Both the position numbers and the translations under genes were made by a program. A stretch of 64,000 nt of DNA. Origin: Eledone cirrhosa. Lineage: Eukaryota. Location of the stretch: positions 124,001-188,000 of the forward strand of contig CAXHJY010001394.1 in the NCBI GenBank assembly GCA_964016885.1, read 5' to 3'. The notes beneath the pieces were generated by a model, which worked only from the letters and a program-made list of their open reading frames with translations, did not search any database and was not told where the DNA came from. Within the stretch, counting starts at the first letter, position 1; every line of letters begins with the position of its first letter. Shown one piece after another: positions 37,489 to 53,236 of the stretch.

Positions 37489-40400
37489 TATCATCATCAT
37501 CATCTTCAACATTATCATTTAACGTTCATTGTTATCACACCTGCATGGGTTATACAGGTTGTCACGTTATGAGACATGTCAGGTGTGGAGACCAGGTCTC
37601 ATATGGATGTGTATTTTGGTTTGGTTTCTAAGGCTGGATGCCCTTCTTAACACGAAACACGTTACAATGTGGACTGCACACTTTTGTATGACCACCTTAC
37701 AGGATGAACTGGGTGTTTTTATTGTTGTAGCATCAACGAGGTGTGTGGGATATTTAGCAGGTGAGGGCAGGGCCTTATGAATAGGAAGGGGTGATGAGAA
37801 GATTGGTGAAGACTAGTGTGTTCTCTACATGTTTGTTTTATTTCATTTTCAGCACATGGGAGGGGGGGGGGGTCTTCTACATTACAGCATGACGCCAGAG
37901 ATCTCGATCCTGTGACATTTCCATTGAGAGGTTTAATTGGGCAAGGCGAGCTTTTATTATTTCATCCCAAGCTTTCCTAGGTCTTCCCCTTTCATAGTTA
38001 ACATCGACTTTGACAACCCTGCACCTTGTTATACAGCTGTCACCTTCCATATACATCACATGTCCAAACCACCACAATCTCCTCTCCTCTACACTGCATC
38101 TGACCTCTCTTATACCTAGTTTCTCTCTCAGTTTATTAATGCTTGTTGTTCATGCACACTATTACACATCTATCAGATCCTGTAAACTTCATTTCTTTCC
38201 AGTCTTTATAGGTCCTCTGAATATATTGCCCTGGTCTCACTTCAATGTAACATTGCTGTTTGTACACAGACTTCATACAATCTGCCTTTCACTTTCAGGG
38301 GAAATCATTTTGTAGGCATCAGTAGTAGTAGCTCCCTAAACTGTTTCCATCCCATTCTCACTCAGGCTACTGTACCTTCAGAACACCCACCTCCACTGTT
38401 AATTTGGTTAATTAAGTTAACAGAAATTATGAACCGGTTTCTACAGAGCCTTCTGGACATTTAACCCTTTAGCATTTAAACCAGCCATACCTAGCCAGAA
38501 TACTCTCACATCTTTCTGTTCAAACCAGCCATAACTGGCCACTCATACTGACGTTAAGGTATTGTTCTCAATATAAATAATATCAAAATCTCATAGATTC
38601 GATATTATATGAGATAATTATGTAAGATAAAGCCTTTACCACAAAAATACAATAGTATATATAGAGTAATAAAAATGCTAAAGGGTAAAAGTAGCTTATT
38701 ATTTTGTGAGCTCTTGCTACTTATTGCTCTTGTGCATCAAGAACATACACAGCTTACATTTTGTTGCTAATCTCACTGAGATCCAACTACATCTCTTGTT
38801 TATCCATAGTTTGGAATTTCTACCTACTCCTTTCCTTTAGAATGATCAAGGCCATTTTCTTGTGGGGATCTAGGCCCTGTTTTCCTTTCTATTTTGCCAA
38901 GTTATCTTACATCACTTTCATTCTAGACCATGCTTCCAGGTTTGGAATTTCTCCTCTAATTTTACCACAGATTAAGTGACAAGGGTTCAATCATGTGCAT
39001 ACAGGAGTTCCCATGGACAGCCAGTAATATGTAATAGCCTGCAGGATGATAATAAACAGAAGAGGGTTAATTACAGAGCCCTGATAGAGGGTTAATAACA
39101 GAGCCCTGATAGACTTGTTCACTCAACTCCTCACTATAGCCATCATTACTTTTAACCTTACTGACTGCTCCTCCATACATGGCTTTTACTGCTCTCACAA
39201 GCCACTCATATACCCCTAGTTTTCTAAGTTATACACCAGATTATGGAAGGGGGAAGTCTCACAGAAGCTCTCTCTGGGTCAACAAATGCCAAGTAGAGGG
39301 GCTTATTTTAGCTAGGTACTACTCTTGCAGTTGCCACACAAGGAAGAGGACATCAGTGGTACTTTTACCTGGCACAAATCCAAACTTCATCTCATCTAGG
39401 TTAACTTGGTCCCTAATCAGCTGTGTTATAAATCTAACACCTTCATGAAGTGGTCCATCTAATATTTCTATAGTTTTCTAGCTCTAGTACATCTCCTTTG
39501 CCCTTGTAGCAGTTGATGATGATGATACTACACCATTTATTTGGTATGACACCATTTTGTATTACATGCTGTACGATACCAGTGGTTAAGATGTGACCCA
39601 CCACCCCAGATACTTTCAGTATCTCAGCAACTATCACCAATGGACAAGATACTTTCTCTGTCTTCATATCCTTAATTACCTTACTACACTACTGCTTACT
39701 TGTATGGCTGGACCCTCTGTTGGGCCCACTTTCCGTAGACTATCTTCCTCCCATGCATTCTCCTCATTCAGTAATCTTTCATAAAGGCATTTCCATGTTA
39801 CAAAGGTTGGCTGAAAAGTTCATAGACTATCAATGATAGCATGATGCTAGAGCTGTGAAATCTTGCCTGCATTAATTTCAACTCTTCTTATTAATAACTG
39901 CATTGTTTCCTTCCAGGGACTATGTTGAAAAATAAACCTCATTTGGTCATTCCATGAGTGTATCTTGGTCTGCCTATGAACTTTTCAGCTGACCCTATTC
40001 AGCATCAGTGAGCCCAAATGCCCCATTATCATCCTGGACACACTTTACCCCAACATCACAATTTGCCCTCACACACTGCCTCACAATCCTGAACATCTCA
40101 TGTATTTCATCCTCACATCATAAAACCAACTGAAATTATATATTCTCTGCTTCCCTCCTTGCAAAGAATACTTCTTGCCTAGCTTCCTGTAGTGTACCCT
40201 CCAGCTGCCTCCATTCTGCCATTATTCCATGCCTGTCTCTTGGCCTTAACTGTCTCATCTACCCTAGTGTTTCACCACCAAGATACTCTCCTCTCTGAAG
40301 CCCTGCTCCAGCCACAGATCTAGTTTGACACCTTCAGCAAAGGTTCTTTAAGGAACTCCCACTGTTCCCCTATATTGTATGTTTCTATTTGTTCTTCCTT

Positions 40401-40683
40401 ACTGTTGTAAAGATCAAACAAAATATCTCTAAATTTGGAACTGGCTGAGGGGTCCTTTAACTTCCATATCCTTCTCCTCCAAGTTGCCCTCAGTCTTCAA
40501 GTTCATCTAAGTCTATGAAATCACTAACTACTGGGTTATGTTGGGAGGTGCATTCTTCCCCAGGGGGTGGGGATTGTGTGTTTACAAATGTCAATATCTC
40601 ATCTTCTGGTGAGGATAAAAATCTGACTGGCATGCTCCTCTGACCAATAGGTGTTGAAGTGGTTGTCGGGTAAACGTTAAGAC
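37489..40683 (-). mobile_element. Copy of decayed minus-strand RTE LINE
   Basis: Same ORF set (37877, 39443, 40490). Confidence 0.9.
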
Positions 40684-41031
40684 CCTCTGATATACATATA
40701 TATATATATACTAGCAGTGGTACCCGGCGTTGCACGGGATAACGTATTTCGGAACGCGGGCCGCCATCTTCCACTTCAGCCGGTCGCCCTAAAGTGTTGG
40801 CTATTCAGTCTACTTGAGGCCAGTTGGTGAGGGGGGGTAAAGCTTTCAGTGTGCTACTACCCTCACGGTCAAATAGAAAGGGAGAGGAAGAAAAGTCAGC
40901 GTTAATATCGTGCTACACGTTTGAAAGGTTGGATGACCTTAGAGTTCACCAGGGTGGGGGGTTCTAAAAGTATCTATCTTGGTATTTTATCTTAGAAGTA
41001 ATCATTACAGAGTGTACTGGGTGTATTTTAG

Positions 41032-41823
41032 TGGGCAGTAATTCCATAAAGAACACAGTATAATCTGTGGACACAAGCCTTGCAGTGTGATTACAGGCAG
41101 GTTAATGGGAAAGATAGATTATATATGTGACATGATGTACATGAGAAGTGAGGACACAGACCACACATGAAATAGATTCCTACAACTGTCAGGGAGGCTC
41201 CCTAGAATTACAGATGACATATTTCAATATCTCGGTGATCAAGTTAGCAGTGGAGGAAGAATCTCTAAAAGTGTAATACCCAGGATAAGGACAGGCTGGA
41301 AGAAGTTTAGAGTACTGTTCCATCTGTTGACAACAAAGGGCTTCTCTCTCAGAATGGAGGCTAGACTGCTTGATACTTATGTGTGGTCTGCAATCTACAC
41401 CCCAGCCATGCCCCTTCCACTACCACTCCTTAGCTATTTCTCTCCATTAATACTCCTCACATTTCAAGCAGTTTTCTCATCTCAATGAAAGAAAAATATT
41501 GGGCTCAAGAGAAGTCTTCAGTTATGCCATGGTGTGGCAACCTCCCTAGGGTTGGGCAGAGTGTAAATGAGAGTGAAATTAGGTATGAGAGGGATCATAT
41601 GCAGTATACAAGAGAGTAGATTACATTGGTATGGTCATGTGATGGGTATAAAGGATGACAGCTGTATAAAAATGTGCTGGGCAATCAAAGTTGATGGAAG
41701 TTATGAAGGCGGAAGACCCAGGATGACCTGGGATGAGGTGATAAAAGATGACTTTGCACAATTGCAACTCTCAAAGACAATGACACAGGATAGAGATCTT
41801 GAGATGTATGCAGCAATACAGAA
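41032..41823 (+). mobile_element. Copy of RTE C-terminal fragment
   Basis: Identical ORF at 41567. Confidence 0.88.
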
Positions 41824-44800
41824 GGCCCTGTGCGTCGATCGTGGGCCGGCCGGATGTTGACGGATCGATGTGTAATTAGAAGTACATGTGCGGACACTCA
41901 TTGGCTGTGCGTGGTATGCATTTCAGCAAGATATCTCCGTAACATCAAGAGTTATGGCTGTGGAGGCACACCTAGTCAAACGTAAACAAGCTCTGGAGCG
42001 TATACGCTTCGCGATTTTGTTTACGTTTGACTAGGTGTGCCTCCACAGCCACAACTCTTGATGTTACGGAGATATCTTGCTGAAATGCATACCACGCACA
42101 GCCAATGAGTGTCCGCACATGTACTTCTAATTACACATCGATCCGTCAACATCCGGCCGGCCCACGATCGACGCACAGGGCCGGATGGCCCGTTTTCAGT
42201 GAATTTTCACCGGAATCGATCTGTAATTACTGGTACATGTGCGGACACACATTTGCTGTGTGTGGTGTGATTTTCACGAAAAACTGCCCATGCTAAATGA
42301 GGAAGCTGAAGTCCGCCGGCGAATGGTGTGCTTCGAAGAAAACTAATTCGAAAATGACCGTTTGCAGGCGGAGTAACCTTTTCGATCGTGGGCCAGCCGC
42401 CCGTGGTGGGATACATCTGTAATTACTGGTACATGTGCGGACACACATTTGCTGTGTGTGGTGTGATTTTCGAGAAAGACTGCCCATGCTAAATGAGGAA
42501 GCTGAAGTCCGCCGGCGAATGGTGTGCTTCGAAGAAAACTAATTCGAAAATGACTATTTGCCGGCGGAATCACCTTTTCGGTCCTGGTCCGGCCGGATCT
42601 TGCCGGATCGATCGGAAATTTGTGGACCATGTTCGGAAGGCCATTGTGCATGTGTGGTGAAAAAAATTTGTGTCGAAATCTTCTCGGAAAATAACGGATC
42701 GCCGGCGGAGATTGCCATTTCGATCGTGGGCCGGCCGGATCTTGTCGGATCGATTCGGACATATGTGCATCGTGTTCGCAAGGCCCTTGTCTATGTGTGG
42801 TGTGATTTTCATAAAGAAATTCCGAAAAACCCAGTTTTAAATCTGATTTCGCCAAAGAATTTTGGCTATCAGATCGGGTTGAAAGGTATGGTTTCAGGTC
42901 GATCTGAAAGTCTAAAATGGAATTCACTCGGTTAGCTAACTTTTGATATATCGGAGATATCTTTCTGAAAATCACACCACACACTCCCAATGAGTGTCTG
43001 CACATGTACCAGTAATTACAGATGGATCCCACCACGGGCAGCCGGCCCACGATCGAAAAGGTTACTCCGAAGCACACCATTCGCCGGCGGAATTCATTTA
43101 GCATGGGCAGTTTTTCTCGAAAATCACACCACACACAGCCAATGAGTGTCCGCACATGTACCAGTAATTACAGATGGATCCCACCACGGGCGGCTGGCCC
43201 ACGATCGAAAAGGTTACTCCGCCTGCAAACGGTCATTTTCGAATTAGTTTTCTTCGAAGCACACCATTCGCCGGCGGACTTCAGCTTCCTCATTTAGCAT
43301 GGGCAGTTTTTCTCGAAAATCACACCACACACAGCAAATGTGTGTCCGCACATGTACCAGTAATTACAGATCGATTCCGGTGAAAATTCACTGAAAACGG
43401 GCCATTCTGCCCTGTGCGTCGATCGTGGGCCGGCCGGATGTTGACGGATCGATGTGTAATTAGAAGTACATGTGCGGACACTCATTGGCTGTGCGTGGTA
43501 TGCATTTCAGCAAGATATCTCCGTAACATCAAGAGTTATGGCTGTGGAGGCACACCTAGTCAAACGTAAACAAGCTCTGGAGCGTATACGCTTCGCGATT
43601 TTGTTTACGTTTGACTAGGTGTGCCTCCACAGCCACAACTCTTGATGTTACGGAGATATCTTGCTGAAATGCATACCACGCACAGCCAATGAGTGTCCGC
43701 ACATGTACTTCTAATTACACATCGATCCGTCAACATCCGGCCGGCCCACGATCGACGCACAGGGCCGGATGGCCCGTTTTCAGTGAATTTTCACCGGAAT
43801 CGATCTGTAATTACTGGTACATGTGCGGACACACATTTGCTGTGTGTGGTGTGATTTTCACGAAAAACTGCCCATGCTAAATGAGGAAGCTGAAGTCCGC
43901 CGGCGAATGGTGTGCTTCGAAGAAAACTAATTCGAAAATGACCGTTTGCAGGCGGAGTAACCTTTTCGATCGTGGGCCAGCCGCCCGTGGTGGGATACAT
44001 CTGTAATTACTGGTACATGTGCGGACACACATTTGCTGTGTGTGGTGTGATTTTCGAGAAAGACTGCCCATGCTAAATGAGGAAGCTGAAGTCCGCCGGC
44101 GAATGGTGTGCTTCGAAGAAAACTAATTCGAAAATGACTATTTGCCGGCGGAATCACCTTTTCGGTCCTGGTCCGGCCGGATCTTGCCGGATCGATCGGA
44201 AATTTGTGGACCATGTTCGGAAGGCCATTGTGCATGTGTGGTGAAAAAAATTTGTGTCGAAATCTTCTCGGAAAATAACGGATCGCCGGCGGAGATTGCC
44301 ATTTCGATCGTGGGCCGGCCGGATCTTGTCGGATCGATTCGGACATATGTGCATCGTGTTCGCAAGGCCCTTGTCTATGTGTGGTGTGATTTTCATAAAG
44401 AAATTCCGAAAAACCCAGTTTTAAATCTGATTTCGCCAAAGAATTTTGGCTATCAGATCGGGTTGAAAGGTATGGTTTCAGGTCGATCTGAAAGTCTAAA
44501 ATGGAATTCACTCGGTTAGCTAACTATTGATATATCGGAGATATCTTTCTGAAAATCACACCACACACTCCCAATGAGTGTCTGCACATGTCCCAGTAAT
44601 TACAGATGGATCCCACCACGGGCGGCCGGCCCACGATCGAAAAGGTTACTCCGAAGCACACCATTCGCCGGCGGAATTCATTTAGCATGGGCAGTTTTTC
44701 TCGAAAATCACACCACACACAGCCAATCAGTGTCCGCACATGTACCAGTAATTACAGATGGATCCCACTACGGGCGGCTGGCCCACGATCGAAAAGGTTA

Positions 44801-44927
44801 CTCCGCCTGCAAACGGTCATTTTCGAATTCGTTTTCTTCGAAGCACACCATTCGCCGGCGGACTTCAGCTGCCTCATTTAGCATGGGCAGCTTTTCTCGA
44901 AAATCACACCACACACAGCCAATGAGT
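41824..44927. repeat. Palindromic 1584-bp satellite block, unit 4 (about 2 copies)
   Basis: ORF starts 42105, 43689. Confidence 0.97.
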
Positions 44928-45002
44928 TTAAAATACTCACCGTTTGATTTGGAAAAACTTAAAATGCTCACATATATATGTGTATGTATTTATCTATGCA
45001 TG

Positions 45003-45048
<46 letters not shown>

Positions 45049-47005
45049 TGTATTTATCTATGTATTTATCTATATGCATGGATATATATATATATATATA
45101 TATTTATCTATGTATTTATCTATATGCATGGATATATATATATATATATATATATATGTATTTATCTATGCATGTATGAATATATAAAATATATATATAT
45201 ATATATGTGTGTATGTATTTATCTATGCATGTATGAATATATAAAATATATATATATATATATATGTATGTATTTATCTATGCATGTATATATATATAAA
45301 TATATACATAAATATATATATATATATATGTATTTATCTATGCATGTGTGCATACATATATATATATATATATGTATTTATCTATACATGTATGTATATA
45401 TATATATATACATATATAAGTATTTATCTATACATGTATGTATATATATATATACATATATATGTATTTATCTATACATGTATGTATATATATATATATA
45501 TATATATGTATATAAGTATTTATCTATACATGTATGTATATATAAAATATTGTCATGTTTACAAAAATATTTTTCTAATATCGTGTTTAATATTTTATAT
45601 TGTCGTCTGCTTCTCTTCTCACGTGGTTACTAACTCTCTCACCCTCTCTCTCTTTCCCCTCTCATACAACCCCTTCTTTCTCTTTCTTTCCCCTCTCACA
45701 CAACCTCTTCTTTCTCTCTCTTTTTGCCAGTCCCTTCTCTCACTCTCTCTCCCTCTTCCTTTTTTATCTCTTTCTTTCTGTCTCTGTTTCCCTCCTATAG
45801 ACATTCTCTCTCTCTCTTTCTGCTCTCACTCAGCCTTCTCTCTCTTTCCCCTCTCACACAGTCTTCTCTCTCTCTCTTTCCCCTCTCACACAGCATTCTC
45901 TCTCTCTCTCTCTCTCTTTCCCCTCTCACACAGCATTCTCTCTCTCTCTCTCTCTTTATTTCCCCTCTCACACAGCCTTCTCTCTCTATCTATCTATCTC
46001 TCTCTCTGGAGATTTTTTAACACAAAGTCACACAAGGATTAGAAAAATGGCGATAATCACTTTGAAAGTAACAATTATGCAATAAATAGTTGTTATTGCC
46101 ACGTCTCGTATCCTCCTTTGGCAATGTGTAAAATGTTAGCGAGATCGAGTGAACAATACACAAGTTATAATACTTTACAGACGGGACTTATACAGTAGAT
46201 GTAGCAAAATGCGTAGATTACGATTCTTGAGACGAGATTAAAATATACGATTATGGGATACTTTAAGAAGACGAGTAGATGTTTGAGTAGATTTAGCTGC
46301 TTTTTCTAGCATTTTTAGTTATACTTTGAAGCAAATTTTTTTTGTTACTATTATATTAAAAGTTATCTGGTTACGTTATTTGACTGGTATTTCTAGCATT
46401 TTACAAGGACCACGTGTGTGTTTTATTTGAGGAAGATCTAGTTGTTATTTCTGATATTTTCTTCATCAAGTTAGTTGCTATTTCCTGCATCCTCTTGAAG
46501 ACAAGGAATAATAATGAATTAGCTGCTGTTTCTAGTAGGTTCTATGGTAGTGGTGAGCGTGGGAGGGAGGTTTGACTGCTATTTTTAGCAGGTTCTAAGG
46601 CATTGAGGTTTATGTTTTACGAGAGATTTGGCTGTTATTTCTAACATGTTATAATGGAGAGAGAGAGAGAGAGTATAAGATATACAGAGAGAGGGAGTAT
46701 AAGATATAGAGAGAGGGGAAACGGCCGATGTTTACGTTGAGAAAACCTAATAAAATGTTATAAATGGGTTTATAAAGAATAGAATGAGATAAACAAGACA
46801 AAGTTAGATAAAATAAATCAGCTGTAAGGATATTATACGATATATTTATAATATTTTAATATATTTTTCCTGGTCGTCTGCTGCCATTGATAGAGAGAGG
46901 AGTGGTGGGAGGTAGCCATAACAACCGTGGTAGCAGCACTGAGGTTTGTTTTTAAAGAAGTGAATACAAGAAAAACAAGCAACTAAGAATATTAATCTCT
47001 TAAAC

Positions 47006-47831
47006 CCTTCAAGATGTGTATGACAAGAAAGAAGACGTTTTAGAGTCGTATGACATAGATGATAACTGGAAATTCTTACGTGACAACTTACTGCAGGCTA
47101 CTGAAGAAACTTGTGGCTGGAGCAGAGCTCCGACCAGACAGAGAGTGACCTGGTGGTGGGACAACACGGTAGATAAGGCCATTAGAGACAAAAGACTAGC
47201 ATGGAACACTTGAAAAAATGGTGGGAGTAGAGACCGATACACAGCTGCTAAGAGAGAAGCTAGACGTCAGATGTACTTAGCACGCACGGAGGCTGAGAGT
47301 AGGAGGTTTGCCAATGTTCTGTGATGGGAAGATCAGAGGCGTGCGGTGTTCCACATTGCAAGGCATGGTGTCAGTGTAAATCAGGATGTTGTTGGAGATA
47401 AGTGTATCCGGAATGATGCCAGTGTACTTGGTGTCACGAATGATCAAAAAAAGGAGGCCTGGAAATATCATTATGAGAGGCTGATGAATTGTGGAGAATG
47501 AATGGGAGAGAGGGAAACTATCCCCAGTAGACCCAACAGAGGGACCAGCTATTGAGATTGGGGAATATAGGGTACAAGAGGCAATTAAGGAAATGAAGAA
47601 TGGCAAGGCTACTGGACTCTAGGGGATAGTTGCTCAGATGCTGAAGGCATCAGAAGTAGGCACTAAACTGGTTACACACATCATCAATCAAGCTATATAT
47701 GGTAGTGTCATACCCAAAGAATGGTGCAGCAGTATTCTCATAAATTGGTACAAAGGTAAAGGGGATGCTCTGGAGAGGAGCAATTATATGGGCACTTCAA
47801 TATTTAATGATACAGGTGATAAAACAACAAC
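47006..47831 (+). mobile_element. Copy of RTE linker/RT N-terminal fragment
   Basis: Identical ORFs at 47016 and 47638. Confidence 0.9.
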
Positions 47832-47980
47832 TATAAGGTAAATAAGTCACCTTATGTTATTTACAAACATTAACGTCCACCTTAATATGAAATAATCACC
47901 ATAAAAGAGGAAGCGAGGGCATCGGCTACCGGCACCCGGGCTGCTCTCTCATCCTGAGTGGGATCTTCCAGCGTTGATGC

Positions 47981-48649
47981 ATCACCACGTTGATGTAAAA
48001 CTTGGTTTTTCACTTTGGGATAATACACGTATTTGCAACTTATTTATGTTTATTTACGTTGAGCGTAATCGATTTGTTTCCATATCTCCACGCGTTTTAT
48101 TTCATAGTCATAGTTATAAAATTAGAAAACTTTCTTTAAAAAAAACAAATTAACGCGGGTAACTACAAGATAACCTTGTTTTGTAATACTGGCAGACATT
48201 GAAGATTCTTTATGGATGGTTGATACTCAGCTGCCAGGAACACAGGATGTGGCAGAGGGTATAAGATTTGCCTGCTATTTCTAGCAACTTCAATGACCAC
48301 ATAATTGGTTTGTAATTTTGTTTTAAAGTGTAAGGGTTTACACAGCCATTTATGAATTTCTAAGAGATACGTTTACGATGAGATACACTTATTAAAAATA
48401 CTTTCATTGCATAGTTCCGTTTGTAAAGGCTTTAATTTACTGTACTACTCGGGAACCTTTTAATAACACACAGGATTAAGTCCATGTTTGTTCAACCAAT
48501 TAATGGTATCTGCTGTAGTAGGGGTAACGATGGAAATATGGCGATGATTAACTCCACCCTGGGGTATAATGTAGAATTCATATTTTTCAACTTGCCCATA
48601 CGTGTATTATCCCAAAGTGAAAAACCAAGTTTTACATCAACGTGGTGAT
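47981..48649. mobile_element. Copy of 52-bp TIR element
   Basis: Same sequence as 8990-9658. Confidence 0.7.
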
Positions 48650-48901
48650 TTCAAAGTTTATTTATTTACACATGGTGGTGGGGGGGGATACGGAAATAAA
48701 CGAAGGTTGACGAATGACGTCACATTCTTCTACTTTCACTTCTGACAGCCAATTCCGTTGTAGTGCCATATATAAACATGATGGTCACGGCTGGAACAAC
48801 TTTAATTATAGGTCTGCTCAATCATACTAACATGGGATTTAAATTGAGCAAAGTTGGAGTTGTCTCCCTTGGTACTTTACTACGCTACGTTTGTTTATAT
48901 A

Positions 48902-51900
48902 TATCATCATCATCATCTTCAACATTATCATTTAACGTTCATTGTTATCACACCTGCATGGGTTATACAGGTTGTCACGTTATGAGACATGTCAGGTGTG
49001 GAGACCAGGTCTCATATGGATGTGTATTTTGGTTTGGTTTCTAAGGCTGGATGCCCTTCTTAACACGAAACACGTTACAATGTGGACTGCACACTTTTGT
49101 ATGACCACCTTACAGGATGAACTGGGTGTTTTTATTGTTGTAGCATCAACGAGGTGTGTGGGATATTTAGCAGGTGAGGGCAGGGCCTTATGAATAGGAA
49201 GGGGTGATGAGAAGATTGGTGAAGACTAGTGTGTTCTCTACATGTTTGTTTTATTTCATTTTCAGCACATGGGAGGGGGGGGGGGTCTTCTACATTACAG
49301 CATGACGCCAGAGATCTCGATCCTGTGACATTTCCATTGAGAGGTTTAATTGGGCAAGGCGAGCTTTTATTATTTCATCCCAAGCTTTCCTAGGTCTTCC
49401 CCTTTCATAGTTAACATCGACTTTGACAACCCTGCACCTTGTTATACAGCTGTCACCTTCCATATACATCACATGTCCAAACCACCACAATCTCCTCTCC
49501 TCTACACTGCATCTGACCTCTCTTATACCTAGTTTCTCTCTCAGTTTATTAATGCTTGTTGTTCATGCACACTATTACACATCTATCAGATCCTGTAAAC
49601 TTCATTTCTTTCCAGTCTTTATAGGTCCTCTGAATATATTGCCCTGGTCTCACTTCAATGTAACATTGCTGTTTGTACACAGACTTCATACAATCTGCCT
49701 TTCACTTTCAGGGGAAATCATTTTGTAGGCATCAGTAGTAGTAGCTCCCTAAACTGTTTCCATCCCATTCTCACTCAGGCTACTGTACCTTCAGAACACC
49801 CACCTCCACTGTTAATTTGGTTAATTAAGTTAACAGAAATTATGAACCGGTTTCTACAGAGCCTTCTGGACATTTAACCCTTTAGCATTTAAACCAGCCA
49901 TACCTAGCCAGAATACTCTCACATCTTTCTGTTCAAACCAGCCATAACTGGCCACTCATACTGACGTTAAGGTATTGTTCTCAATATAAATAATATCAAA
50001 ATCTCATAGATTCGATATTATATGAGATAATTATGTAAGATAAAGCCTTTACCACAAAAATACAATAGTATATATAGAGTAATAAAAATGCTAAAGGGTA
50101 AAAGTAGCTTATTATTTTGTGAGCTCTTGCTACTTATTGCTCTTGTGCATCAAGAACATACACAGCTTACATTTTGTTGCTAATCTCACTGAGATCCAAC
50201 TACATCTCTTGTTTATCCATAGTTTGGAATTTCTACCTACTCCTTTCCTTTAGAATGATCAAGGCCATTTTCTTGTGGGGATCTAGGCCCTGTTTTCCTT
50301 TCTATTTTGCCAAGTTATCTTACATCACTTTCATTCTAGACCATGCTTCCAGGTTTGGAATTTCTCCTCTAATTTTACCACAGATTAAGTGACAAGGGTT
50401 CAATCATGTGCATACAGGAGTTCCCATGGACAGCCAGTAATATGTAATAGCCTGCAGGATGATAATAAACAGAAGAGGGTTAATTACAGAGCCCTGATAG
50501 AGGGTTAATAACAGAGCCCTGATAGACTTGTTCACTCAACTCCTCACTATAGCCATCATTACTTTTAACCTTACTGACTGCTCCTCCATACATGGCTTTT
50601 ACTGCTCTCACAAGCCACTCATATACCCCTAGTTTTCTAAGTTATACACCAGATTATGGAAGGGGGAAGTCTCACAGAAGCTCTCTCTGGGTCAACAAAT
50701 GCCAAGTAGAGGGGCTTATTTTAGCTAGGTACTACTCTTGCAGTTGCCACACAAGGAAGAGGACATCAGTGGTACTTTTACCTGGCACAAATCCAAACTT
50801 CATCTCATCTAGGTTAACTTGGTCCCTAATCAGCTGTGTTATAAATCTAACACCTTCATGAAGTGGTCCATCTAATATTTCTATAGTTTTCTAGCTCTAG
50901 TACATCTCCTTTGCCCTTGTAGCAGTTGATGATGATGATACTACACCATTTATTTGGTATGACACCATTTTGTATTACATGCTGTACGATACCAGTGGTT
51001 AAGATGTGACCCACCACCCCAGATACTTTCAGTATCTCAGCAACTATCACCAATGGACAAGATACTTTCTCTGTCTTCATATCCTTAATTACCTTACTAC
51101 ACTACTGCTTACTTGTATGGCTGGACCCTCTGTTGGGCCCACTTTCCGTAGACTATCTTCCTCCCATGCATTCTCCTCATTCAGTAATCTTTCATAAAGG
51201 CATTTCCATGTTACAAAGGTTGGCTGAAAAGTTCATAGACTATCAATGATAGCATGATGCTAGAGCTGTGAAATCTTGCCTGCATTAATTTCAACTCTTC
51301 TTATTAATAACTGCATTGTTTCCTTCCAGGGACTATGTTGAAAAATAAACCTCATTTGGTCATTCCATGAGTGTATCTTGGTCTGCCTATGAACTTTTCA
51401 GCTGACCCTATTCAGCATCAGTGAGCCCAAATGCCCCATTATCATCCTGGACACACTTTACCCCAACATCACAATTTGCCCTCACACACTGCCTCACAAT
51501 CCTGAACATCTCATGTATTTCATCCTCACATCATAAAACCAACTGAAATTATATATTCTCTGCTTCCCTCCTTGCAAAGAATACTTCTTGCCTAGCTTCC
51601 TGTAGTGTACCCTCCAGCTGCCTCCATTCTGCCATTATTCCATGCCTGTCTCTTGGCCTTAACTGTCTCATCTACCCTAGTGTTTCACCACCAAGATACT
51701 CTCCTCTCTGAAGCCCTGCTCCAGCCACAGATCTAGTTTGACACCTTCAGCAAAGGTTCTTTAAGGAACTCCCACTGTTCCCCTATATTGTATGTTTCTA
51801 TTTGTTCTTCCTTACTGTTGTAAAGATCAAACAAAATATCTCTAAATTTGGAACTGGCTGAGGGGTCCTTTAACTTCCATATCCTTCTCCTCCAAGTTGC

Positions 51901-52096
51901 CCTCAGTCTTCAAGTTCATCTAAGTCTATGAAATCACTAACTACTGGGTTATGTTGGGAGGTGCATTCTTCCCCAGGGGGTGGGGATTGTGTGTTTACAA
52001 ATGTCAATATCTCATCTTCTGGTGAGGATAAAAATCTGACTGGCATGCTCCTCTGACCAATAGGTGTTGAAGTGGTTGTCGGGTAAACGTTAAGAC
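48902..52096 (-). mobile_element. Copy of decayed minus-strand RTE LINE
   Basis: Same ORF set (49290, 50856, 51903). Confidence 0.9.
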
Positions 52097-52444
52097 CCTC
52101 TGATATACATATATATATATATACTAGCAGTGGTACCCGGCGTTGCACGGGATAACGTATTTCGGAACGCGGGCCGCCATCTTCCACTTCAGCCGGTCGC
52201 CCTAAAGTGTTGGCTATTCAGTCTACTTGAGGCCAGTTGGTGAGGGGGGGTAAAGCTTTCAGTGTGCTACTACCCTCACGGTCAAATAGAAAGGGAGAGG
52301 AAGAAAAGTCAGCGTTAATATCGTGCTACACGTTTGAAAGGTTGGATGACCTTAGAGTTCACCAGGGTGGGGGGTTCTAAAAGTATCTATCTTGGTATTT
52401 TATCTTAGAAGTAATCATTACAGAGTGTACTGGGTGTATTTTAG

Positions 52445-53236
52445 TGGGCAGTAATTCCATAAAGAACACAGTATAATCTGTGGACACAAGCCTTGCAGTG
52501 TGATTACAGGCAGGTTAATGGGAAAGATAGATTATATATGTGACATGATGTACATGAGAAGTGAGGACACAGACCACACATGAAATAGATTCCTACAACT
52601 GTCAGGGAGGCTCCCTAGAATTACAGATGACATATTTCAATATCTCGGTGATCAAGTTAGCAGTGGAGGAAGAATCTCTAAAAGTGTAATACCCAGGATA
52701 AGGACAGGCTGGAAGAAGTTTAGAGTACTGTTCCATCTGTTGACAACAAAGGGCTTCTCTCTCAGAATGGAGGCTAGACTGCTTGATACTTATGTGTGGT
52801 CTGCAATCTACACCCCAGCCATGCCCCTTCCACTACCACTCCTTAGCTATTTCTCTCCATTAATACTCCTCACATTTCAAGCAGTTTTCTCATCTCAATG
52901 AAAGAAAAATATTGGGCTCAAGAGAAGTCTTCAGTTATGCCATGGTGTGGCAACCTCCCTAGGGTTGGGCAGAGTGTAAATGAGAGTGAAATTAGGTATG
53001 AGAGGGATCATATGCAGTATACAAGAGAGTAGATTACATTGGTATGGTCATGTGATGGGTATAAAGGATGACAGCTGTATAAAAATGTGCTGGGCAATCA
53101 AAGTTGATGGAAGTTATGAAGGCGGAAGACCCAGGATGACCTGGGATGAGGTGATAAAAGATGACTTTGCACAATTGCAACTCTCAAAGACAATGACACA
53201 GGATAGAGATCTTGAGATGTATGCAGCAATACAGAA
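52445..53236 (+). mobile_element. Copy of RTE C-terminal fragment
   Basis: Identical ORF at 52980. Confidence 0.88.
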